A stretch of 64,000 nt of DNA from an uncultured Candidatus Bathyarchaeia archaeon (GTDB lineage Archaea; Thermoproteota; Bathyarchaeia; Bathyarchaeales; Bathyarchaeaceae). The DNA lies in contig CAZUDX010000004.1 of assembly GCA_964618695.1 (NCBI GenBank), positions 162,736-226,735 of the forward strand, in the 5' to 3' direction. A program made the translations under genes and the position numbers. Of the stretch, positions 9,894-17,551 are shown piece by piece (within the stretch, counting starts at the first letter, position 1; every line of letters begins with the position of its first letter). The notes under the pieces were generated by a model. That model saw only the letters and a program-made list of their open reading frames with translations, was not told the DNA's origin and did no database searches.

Positions 9894-10299
9894 TATAAAA
9901 ATACACTCTTCTTCCTTCGCGCCTTTTAGCGAGAAATCCCATCCTGACTAATTGATTTGCAGCCGAACTTTCTACTGCTCTCAATCTATTTGTTTCTCGT
10001 GCCAATTCTTCAGCAGTGGCTTCTCCTAATTTGTACAAGGTAATTACTGTCTTTCTCAATGCACTGGGAAGTGAAAACAATGTCACCATATCGGGTTCAA
10101 GTTTGAAGGTTTTATCTGTAAGTTTTTGTTTGGTGGCTCTTTGAAGAAACTCTTTCTGAGCTGTTAACATCTTCCCGCCAAACTCAACCACTGTGTCAAA
10201 TTTCTGGTTTAACTCATGGACTTGGTTAATTAACTCTTTCAATAGAGCTTTAGTGTCTAGTTCGTCCAATGACCTTTCATTTTCAATTCCATCCGACAC
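9886..10299 (-). CDS. Coiled-coil plus winged-helix DNA-binding protein
   Basis: C-terminal LPSALRKTVITLYKLGEATAEELA...RAVESSAANQLVRMG...REGRRVYFY; start trimmed to GTG 10299; overlaps the MinD start. Confidence 0.8.
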   Translation of the reverse strand: MSDGIENERSLDELDTKALLKELINQVHELNQKFDTVVEFGGKMLTAQKEFLQRATKQKLTDKTFKLEPDMVTLFSLPSALRKTVITLYKLGEATAEELARETNRLRAVESSAANQLVRMGFLAKRREGRRVYFYIE

Positions 10300-10439
10300 C
10301 GATAATCCCCGAAAAGTGTATTTTTGTGTCTTCAATAATACAACATATAATCTGTTAATCATATAAGATTTTCTACAATCAGAATCTGACATCACCAAAG
10401 ATTTTAACGCAGATTCGGATAACAAACACATGAGATACT

Positions 10440-11459
10440 ATGAAAACGGAATCAAATCTTAAAGAGCGTTGCCAAAGAATTCTTGAGGAAAATGGAGGAA
10501 ATGTTGCTGATCAAGCTAGCAGGATATTGCTTGAAGATCCGGGGTTGAAGGACCTACGATCTCCTCTAGAGTTCTTATCAAAAAACTGGCGTGAGCCTCT
10601 CACTCCATCAATGATAAGTCTTGCTTGTGAGGCGGTTGGAGGACAGCCAGAAGTTACTCGTGAGGCATCTTTGGCTATGAGTCTAATACATCTGAGTTTC
10701 TACGTATGGGACGATATAATAGATAAGGCACGTTCTAAGTTATTCAAGTTGACGCTTTTTGGGAAATTTGGTGAAGGCACAGCCTTAATGATTGGTGGAC
10801 TTGCATCAGCTAAAGCCTTTTCAATTCTTAATCAAATGCCTGTGAATAGAAAAAAGCATCAAACTGTTGCCACGCTGATATGGGAACTTTGTGCAAGGAT
10901 GGCAAAGGCTGAAACAATTAATCTCAGAATACGAAACCAAGGAAGTATTTCTTCCAGAAAGAAATTCTCCGTGATAAAAATGGAAGCCACCGACTTGGAA
11001 ACGTGTCTAAAAATTGGAGCCGTTTTAGGTAACGGTTCTGAAGAGGAGGTCAAACATCTTGGTAAGTATGGGCTGTATCTGGGCATAATTTTAGAATTAT
11101 GGAAGGATTTTCATGTATCCGTTAATTGGACATTAGAGTTGGACGAAAAAATTGGAAGCGGCGCACTGCCTTACTTATTACTCTGGGCAAGTGAACGTTC
11201 CGAAAAACTTCAAAAGAAACTTGAAGGTTTGGTGAAAAGAGATTCAATAGAACCAACCGATATAAAAGAAGTTGTAAAATATACGTTGGAAACAAAAGCA
11301 TTAAACAAAACCAAGAAAACAATCAAAAAATTTGCAGATAAGGCGATTGAGGAGCTCTTTCAGTTGAGGATGAACAACACTACTCAAGCACTGAAATTCT
11401 TTATTGAAGCGCAATCCCAACTCTTTATCGAAAGCCTATCGACATGGCAAGATGCATAG
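10440..11459 (+). CDS. Polyprenyl-synthetase-fold protein with degenerate second Asp-rich motif (ComQ-like candidate prenyltransferase)
   Basis: ACEAVGG, first motif DDIID intact; RRG loop absent (KARSKLF); second motif reads LELWKDF instead of QIxDD. Confidence 0.8.
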   Translation: MKTESNLKERCQRILEENGGNVADQASRILLEDPGLKDLRSPLEFLSKNWREPLTPSMISLACEAVGGQPEVTREASLAMSLIHLSFYVWDDIIDKARSKLFKLTLFGKFGEGTALMIGGLASAKAFSILNQMPVNRKKHQTVATLIWELCARMAKAETINLRIRNQGSISSRKKFSVIKMEATDLETCLKIGAVLGNGSEEEVKHLGKYGLYLGIILELWKDFHVSVNWTLELDEKIGSGALPYLLLWASERSEKLQKKLEGLVKRDSIEPTDIKEVVKYTLETKALNKTKKTIKKFADKAIEELFQLRMNNTTQALKFFIEAQSQLFIESLSTWQDA

Positions 11460-11461
11460 GG

Positions 11462-11683
11462 CTAAATGGAAGATGGCCATTTCTGGTTTGGGCTAATGGC
11501 AAGCAACACTGACACAACAATACCTAAGTAAATATCTGGAACTTTAGCCTTCCTGCACACTTTGATTAATAAGTTCTTATCCTTTCGCTCAACAGCATCT
11601 TGAACTTTCGGAAAGATGTCAGGCGCATTCAAAGATTGTAGATGTGAAGCTACATCCGTTATTTTCACGTTGAGACTTTTCAT
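11462..11683 (-). CDS. 73-aa peptide with Trp five residues from the C-terminus (candidate ComX-like precursor)
   Basis: GGTGG SD-like motif then ATG 11683; MKSLNVKITDVASHLQSLNAPDIFPKVQ...LLAISPNQKWPSSI*; single Trp. Confidence 0.7.
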   Translation of the reverse strand: MKSLNVKITDVASHLQSLNAPDIFPKVQDAVERKDKNLLIKVCRKAKVPDIYLGIVVSVLLAISPNQKWPSSI

Positions 11684-11778
11684 TATTCCACCGTATATCA
11701 ACATTGTTCCGATTCCTTTTTAAATGTTCTATATAGTTTGATATCTGAATCTAGACTAAGATCAAAGGTTCATGTGAT

Positions 11779-13005
11779 ATGAGCGGCATGATTACCGGTG
11801 TCCAACTTACCAAACGTGGCTTTCTGGTAACGTTGACTCTTTTTTTTACTTTTTTTATATGGTATTTTGTTTTTGCTCCTTTGGCTCTGCAGCATGTCGT
11901 TGGTTCAATTGATGGAATCTATCCAATAGTTTATGGAGCTTTCAATTTTGTCATTGGTATCAGTTTGATATTAAGCGGTTTTTTCATTCATCAATTCAAT
12001 AAAATACGTTTAATCTATAGATGTTCAATAACCATTTCAATAGTGACTATTGTTCTTCTTTTTGTTTCAAATATTATTCTTAAATTAGCAATGATTTTTA
12101 TAGGGGGAATATTTTTTGGTATAGGTCAGTTAGTTTTCCTTACGTTTTTCTGGAGCTTAACCGTGCCTGAAGAAAGAGGTCGTATATCTGGTATCGCTGG
12201 TTTTTCCATTCTACCCTTTTTTCACATCATATGGCTAACAGCTGAAAACTTAGATTTTTTTGGGATAATATTTTTAGGTCTTATTCTTAATTTAGGAATG
12301 CTCGGGATTAGATTATTAAGACCTGAACAAAAAATTTTATTGACGAGAAAGAGGGAAGAAAAAGGATATATTCCTGAGAAAAAAACTGTCCTTTTTTACG
12401 CTATTCCGTGGATAATCTTTTCCTTAATTAATGCAACACTTGCAAGCAACATATCACTAAATGTTTTTCTTCGTCTTCCATCTTACCTATACGTGATTCT
12501 CCTAGTTTTGCAAATGATTGCATCTGGTGTCGGAGCGTTAGGTGGAGGAATAATTGCAGATCTCTTTGGACGAAAGCTTTCACTAATTTTCAGCCTTACT
12601 TTATATGGAATTAGTTCGGCTCTCGGGGGATTTGTCGAAGACTATGCAGTATTCTATTTCATATACGTAGTAAATGGCTTGAATTGGGGGATCCTTTGGG
12701 TATTATATGGTTCCGTAGTTTGGGGTGATCTAGCCAACCAAGAAAGTTACGCCAAGAGATACGCGCTGGGATTAACAGTCTTTCATTTGTCTATGGGCAC
12801 AGGAAATCTTCTTTCTTTTCAAATATCTCAGATATCAATACTAGTTAGTGCCCTAATGAGTTGCGTTTTTATTTTCCTTTCAAATATACCTCTAATTTTA
12901 GCTCCAGAACTATTAACCTCAGATTTCCAGGAAAAGATAAAATTAAAAGTACATATTAATGTCATCAAGAAAATCAGGAAAAAACAATCGAAAGATTATG
13001 GGTAA
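11779..13005 (+). CDS. MFS transporter
   Basis: About 12 hydrophobic segments; PEERGRISG and GGIIADLFGRK (MFS motif A). Confidence 0.88.
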   Translation: MSGMITGVQLTKRGFLVTLTLFFTFFIWYFVFAPLALQHVVGSIDGIYPIVYGAFNFVIGISLILSGFFIHQFNKIRLIYRCSITISIVTIVLLFVSNIILKLAMIFIGGIFFGIGQLVFLTFFWSLTVPEERGRISGIAGFSILPFFHIIWLTAENLDFFGIIFLGLILNLGMLGIRLLRPEQKILLTRKREEKGYIPEKKTVLFYAIPWIIFSLINATLASNISLNVFLRLPSYLYVILLVLQMIASGVGALGGGIIADLFGRKLSLIFSLTLYGISSALGGFVEDYAVFYFIYVVNGLNWGILWVLYGSVVWGDLANQESYAKRYALGLTVFHLSMGTGNLLSFQISQISILVSALMSCVFIFLSNIPLILAPELLTSDFQEKIKLKVHINVIKKIRKKQSKDYG

Positions 13006-13937
13006 ATACTATTGAACGTTCTAGGGAATGTGGAAGCATCTCTGATTTCATTTAGTTTGCAGATCCACTGAATCAACCTTTCAACACCTATCACAAATCC
13101 CGAGTGGGGAACAAGACAATTTTGCTTTAGATCCATATACCACCGTTGATCAACAGGTTCTATCTTTTCATCCGCCATCTTTTTGAGCAACACCTTTTTT
13201 TCGTCTATCATTTTTCCCCCACCTGCAATCTCACCATATCCCTCTGGGGCGAGCAAGTCAACAGATAATGTTAACTCTGACCTTTGGGCATTAGATTTGT
13301 AGAAAAATGTCTGAATACTAACTGGAAAATCCGTAATAAAGAAGGGTTGATCAAATTGAAGACTGATTTTTTTCTCCAATTCCCAAGTTAGTTCTTCCCC
13401 CCAAAGGATGTTAATTCCATTCTTTTGCAACAATTCGATAGCCTCATCGTAGGTTAACCGTGGAAAAGGAGCTCTCACTTTTTCCATATTTTCAAAATTA
13501 CGTTGCAATAATTTCAACTCCTTTTGCGCTCCTTTTAATAAACTTTGGCAAATGTAAGCCACCAACTCCTCCTGAACCCGCATTATACCTTTAAAACTAC
13601 ACTTAGCCGCCGCTTCAATCCGCCAGTATTCTGTTAAATGTCGCCTTGTTCTCACTTTTTCAGCTCTGAAGGCAGGGGCTATTGTATAGACTTTTCCCAA
13701 ACTAGCAACAAAAGTGTCCGTGTAAGGTTGAAGTCCTTGTGTAAGGTAAGCTTTCTTATCGAAATATTTGACCTCGAAATGACCGGGCCACTCTCCAACT
13801 GCGGGAATTAATATTGGTCCTTGAACTTCTGTATAACCTTGTTGGTTAAACCATTTCCTAGTTGCATTCAGCACTTTTGCTCTTACTTTCATTATTGCCT
13901 GTTTTCTTTTACTCCGTAAGTCGTGATTGCCAAACAT
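12996..13937 (-). CDS. AsnRS-like class II ligase catalytic domain lacking the anticodon-binding domain
   Basis: Starts at LRSKRKQAIMKVR (the catalytic-domain boundary); FRAEKVRTRRHLTEYW, DLLAPEGYGEI, VPHSGFVIGVERL. Confidence 0.88.
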   Translation of the reverse strand: MFGNHDLRSKRKQAIMKVRAKVLNATRKWFNQQGYTEVQGPILIPAVGEWPGHFEVKYFDKKAYLTQGLQPYTDTFVASLGKVYTIAPAFRAEKVRTRRHLTEYWRIEAAAKCSFKGIMRVQEELVAYICQSLLKGAQKELKLLQRNFENMEKVRAPFPRLTYDEAIELLQKNGINILWGEELTWELEKKISLQFDQPFFITDFPVSIQTFFYKSNAQRSELTLSVDLLAPEGYGEIAGGGKMIDEKKVLLKKMADEKIEPVDQRWYMDLKQNCLVPHSGFVIGVERLIQWICKLNEIRDASTFPRTFNSIYP

Positions 13938-14082
13938 GAGTTATTTGGGAAGAAACTTACTAAAGTAAGTTTGCTCAAAAGGTTTTATGAACCCGAAACA
14001 CGTGCAAACAACAATAATAAAATGGAAAGCAATACGAGCCGACCACATGCTTTTCAAGATTTGGGCACTGACCATTGGGCTT

Positions 14083-14241
14083 TTAGTCATCTGTTACTTT
14101 GACCATCAGAACTTTTTTTGCCCATGGAATTACAACCGGGTATTTTTGAAGCTCCCTAGAAATTTCATTCTCAATTTCTTCATTCGACAATTCGTTGCTT
14201 TCCTTCACAAGTGAAATTAAAAGCATAACTTTCTTATTCAT
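14083..14241 (-). CDS. Small hypothetical protein, 52 aa (missed by the ORF track)
   Basis: GGAGGAG SD; MNKKVMLLISLVKESNELSNEEIENEISRELQKYPVVIPWAKKVLMVKVTDD*. Confidence 0.7.
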   Translation of the reverse strand: MNKKVMLLISLVKESNELSNEEIENEISRELQKYPVVIPWAKKVLMVKVTDD

Positions 14242-14451
14242 AAAGAACTCCTCCATGCCATCTCAATTGTCATAATAAGAGATTTTGGTTTAAACTTCAC
14301 TATCAATGCATTATCCCAGTCTGAGCCTCTTCTATCTCAATATAACCAATCTTTTTATGTTATATAATTGTTGCTTAACAAACAAAATAAGGTCATGCAT
14401 ATTTTGTCAAAAAAAGGGGGATTTGCGGGGGATGTCTCCAGTTCTTCTGAC

Positions 14452-14475
14452 AAATGCGGATTCACTGGACCATAG
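14452..14475 (+). repeat. attR-like direct repeat (displaced 3' end of zinc-finger gene)
   Basis: AAATGCGGATTCACTGGACCATAG = KCGFTGP*; differs from 8406-8429 only at three wobble positions. Confidence 0.85.
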
Positions 14476-14580
14476 CGAGAGTTTAGCGGAACAAGGTTTT
14501 TTCTGTTTCTGGAAGGAAATGGCATAGTCTTGCTGGTCTAATCTAAACGCTTTTATGTATTAATCATCAATCACAGTAGC

Positions 14581-14648
14581 AGCAGCGGGTAGGTGGAGCC
14601 TCCCACCCGTTCCGCAATACAAATCCCGGAGTAGGGAGGTGAAAATGA
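14581..14648 (+). promoter_or_regulatory. Structured 5' leader of queT; candidate translational riboswitch (pseudoknot)
   Basis: TATA-like TTTTATGT at 14551; stem 14584-90/14605-11; loop GCCTCCC complementary to SD GGGAGGT (14634-40); small helix at ~14611-14/14627-30. Confidence 0.5.
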
Positions 14649-15176
14649 GTGAAAACTAGTGAACTAAGCTTAGCAATAGTCTTCTCCAGTTTATACGCGG
14701 TTCTCGTCGTTGTTTTAGCTCCCATATCTTATGGTCCTGTTCAACTTCGTGTCGCCGATTGTCTAATTCCATTAGCGGCTCTGTTCGGTTGGCCAGTGAT
14801 TGCTGGCGTAACAGTTGGCTGCTTCATAGGCAACACATACTTCTGGCTTGGCCCTCAAGATGTTTTCTTGGGAACAATCGCAAATCTGATCGCGGCAACA
14901 ATCATTTTTGTGCTCAGAAACAGACAATTCGTAGCTTGCGTTTTAGGTTCTTTACCAATCGGAATCATCGTAGGCGGCTACCTTTGGATTTTCTTTCCCC
15001 CACCAGACATCTTCGGATTACAGTTGCCAATGTGGAGCGCCATGATCGTAAGCATAACAATTAGCACTTTGATAGCGGTTGCAGGAATAGGCTATGCTCT
15101 ACTTAAAACATTAAGCAGTCCTAGCGTTACCACTGCGTTCAAATCACGGGGAATAAAAATCTACATTAAAGAATGA
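14649..15176 (+). CDS. queT: QueT family transporter (7-deazaguanine precursor uptake, ECF S-component-like)
   Basis: LYAVLVVVLAPISYGPVQLRVADCL...GVTVGCFIGN...DVFLGTIA. Confidence 0.9.
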   Translation: MKTSELSLAIVFSSLYAVLVVVLAPISYGPVQLRVADCLIPLAALFGWPVIAGVTVGCFIGNTYFWLGPQDVFLGTIANLIAATIIFVLRNRQFVACVLGSLPIGIIVGGYLWIFFPPPDIFGLQLPMWSAMIVSITISTLIAVAGIGYALLKTLSSPSVTTAFKSRGIKIYIKE

Positions 15177-15287
15177 AACATCAAGCACCCATGTGCTTCG
15201 AGACAGAAATAAGAGTGGAAACAAGCGCATTAATAGTGTGATCAAACAGAATATACTGGTCAATTCGAAATTGGAGTTGGGAATTCG

Positions 15288-15776
15288 ATGGATATTGTAA
15301 GAGTGTTTGAGTTAGCAGAACCATACTTGAAAAAGAACGATTTTGGAATGCCGCACACACGAAGAGTCTTCGAGATTGCTAAAAAAAATTTTGAGATTCC
15401 ACCAAACTTGGAAGAATTAGTCTTCTGTTCTATAGTCTTGCATGATATTGGAGGAAGCAGCATCCAAAAGCAATACGAAGATGGACCGAAAATAGCAGCC
15501 GCCATCCTAAAGCAACTAGGCTATGACGAAGAGTTTGTAAGGGAAGTCTGCGAAATAGTTCGTACACATCATGACCATCCGGAACATCCGTCTCAGGCGT
15601 TTAGGATTTTGTACGATTCAGACAAGCTTGTCATGTTTTCGCCTCAAGAATTTCCTCATTACAATTCGAAACCGAATTTTGACTGGAACAAAATTGTTGA
15701 CCTGATATACTCTGAGCATGCTAGAAAGTTGGCTAAGGAACTTTTGCGGCAAAGAAGAAGTGAAGAGACAAATTAG
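15288..15776 (+). CDS. HD domain protein
   Basis: PHTRRV...LHDIG...HH...DSDKL. Confidence 0.85.
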   Translation: MDIVRVFELAEPYLKKNDFGMPHTRRVFEIAKKNFEIPPNLEELVFCSIVLHDIGGSSIQKQYEDGPKIAAAILKQLGYDEEFVREVCEIVRTHHDHPEHPSQAFRILYDSDKLVMFSPQEFPHYNSKPNFDWNKIVDLIYSEHARKLAKELLRQRRSEETN

Positions 15777-15921
15777 AAACAAGGTTTTGATGAAAAAGGC
15801 AATTACTCTGATGCTACCATGTTATTCCCAAAAACCTGTTCGAGGAGATTTGGTTTTCCTGAATAAGTTATTTTAGGGCTAGACATAAAATAGGTATATT
15901 CAGTGTCTCACGATCAAATAT

Positions 15922-16560
15922 GTGTCAAGTTGGGGAATGGGAATGCGTAGGAAAATAATGTCCAAACTTTTAGTTGCGCTCATTATGGCATTTATGGTTT
16001 CAGCAATTATTGCTTCATCAAATGTGTTAACAGTGGTTGCTCAAGAACCCGTCACTCTTGAAGAAATCATGGCGGCGATAGACGCGCTTGACGAAAGGCT
16101 GGACGACATAGAAGCAGACACAACCGCTTTGAATTCAGCCCTGATTTCGTTAATCGCCGCAGTTGATAACTTGCAAGGCCAGTTGGATTCTGTCAGCGCC
16201 ACCACCGCAACTACTGTGGAAATTGCCGCCTTGGATTCAGCTTTGGACGAACTAAGGGACGTGGTTGATGCTATACAGACAGACTTGGATTCTCTCAGCG
16301 GCACTGCGGCAAGCAAATCGGATGTAAGTGATTTAAGTTCAGACGTGGAAGAACTGAGAATAACCATTGACGAAGTTAAAGCGAGTTTGTCTGCCCTTAG
16401 CGACGCAACTGTGTCCCCAGCCGACCTAGACATTGCAAAAACTGACCTGTCTGAGGACATCGAAACTCTGAACACACTGGTAACAATAGCCATCGTGTTG
16501 GCTCTGATAGCCGCAGTAACCTCAACAGTGGCAGTCTACCTTATGCTGAAAAAGAAATAG
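15922..16560 (+). CDS. Secreted coiled-coil protein with C-terminal membrane anchor
   Basis: Signal peptide, acidic heptad repeats, C-terminal TM segment plus KKK. Confidence 0.75.
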   Translation: MSSWGMGMRRKIMSKLLVALIMAFMVSAIIASSNVLTVVAQEPVTLEEIMAAIDALDERLDDIEADTTALNSALISLIAAVDNLQGQLDSVSATTATTVEIAALDSALDELRDVVDAIQTDLDSLSGTAASKSDVSDLSSDVEELRITIDEVKASLSALSDATVSPADLDIAKTDLSEDIETLNTLVTIAIVLALIAAVTSTVAVYLMLKKK

Positions 16561-16673
16561 CTGGATAGAACCCTGCTGAATAGGGGCGAAATCTCCTTTT
16601 TTCGGGTTCGCGCTTGGTTGTAAGTGTAACAGTTATATAACATGACGTATGTCATAATTAATAGGTCCTTAAC

Positions 16674-17492
16674 ATGCAACATAAGACACCATCGGTTCTA
16701 ACGCTTTTTTTGGTTGGATTATTAATTTCAGTTGCCTTTATTGTAACAATAGAAACATCGAATGGAACAACAGATGAAACAGAATCGCTTGGAAGCGTAG
16801 AAATCAGAGAATACGAAGGCATAGACCTCTCTTCAATCGATGATTTCAGAGAAAATTCGATTAAAGGACCACAATATGTCGATCTGGAAAACTACACACT
16901 CACTATCACGGGACTTGTAAATAACGAATTACAATTCAGCTACGATGATGTTCTTAACAATTTTCAGAATTACGAAAAAGTCGTCACCTTATATTGTGTT
17001 GAAGGGTGGAGTGTAACCCTACTCTGGGAAGGCGTGCTAATCGAGGATTTGATCGAAGAAGCAGGAGTTGACCCAAACGCAACCACAGTAATATTTTACG
17101 CATACGACGGCTATACCACCTCAGTACCACTGGACTACATAATCGATAACAACATAATAATGGCTTACAAAATGAACAACGTAACCCTTCCACCCGAAAG
17201 AGGCTTTCCATTCCAGCTTGTGGCAGAGAGCAAGTATGGTTACAAGTGGATAAAATGGATAACAGCAATTGTACTATCAGACAACGATAACTTCTTGGGA
17301 TACTGGGAAAGCAGAGGCTTCTCTAATGACGCAGACCTGAATAGCGGCGGATACGGCCCACCACAATTTCCTGGAATTCCTGAATTTCCGTCTTGGGTTT
17401 TTCTGCCATTATTCGTGGCAGCAACTTTGGTAGTCATAATCTACGGAAAGAGACTGAGAAGAAATCGTGCTTTAGTTCAGACTCAACCCTAG
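16674..17492 (+). CDS. Molybdopterin-dependent oxidoreductase (sulfite oxidase/MsrP-like), surface-anchored
   Basis: LYCVEGWS..WEGV, DGYTTS, GFPFQLV...YGYKWIKW, GYWESRG; C-terminal IPEFP-TM-KRLRR. Confidence 0.88.
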   Translation: MQHKTPSVLTLFLVGLLISVAFIVTIETSNGTTDETESLGSVEIREYEGIDLSSIDDFRENSIKGPQYVDLENYTLTITGLVNNELQFSYDDVLNNFQNYEKVVTLYCVEGWSVTLLWEGVLIEDLIEEAGVDPNATTVIFYAYDGYTTSVPLDYIIDNNIIMAYKMNNVTLPPERGFPFQLVAESKYGYKWIKWITAIVLSDNDNFLGYWESRGFSNDADLNSGGYGPPQFPGIPEFPSWVFLPLFVAATLVVIIYGKRLRRNRALVQTQP

Positions 17493-17551
17493 CATTTTAC
17501 TCTTGTCTCTCATTTCTAAGATGCTTGATGACTAGTCGGTTGTTTGTGCGG

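Larger units (their letters stand above)
8406..14475. mobile_element. Integrated, probably immobilised genomic island (~6 kb)
   Basis: Flanking 24-bp direct repeats both encoding KCGFTGP*; tyrosine integrase remnant next to the left repeat; visibly more AT-rich cargo. Confidence 0.82.

Noticed and set aside
13987-14527. Track ORFs 13987-14214 and 14306-14527 on the plus strand
   Set aside because: No protein-like features. The first is antisense to the 52-aa gene and the second spans attR.
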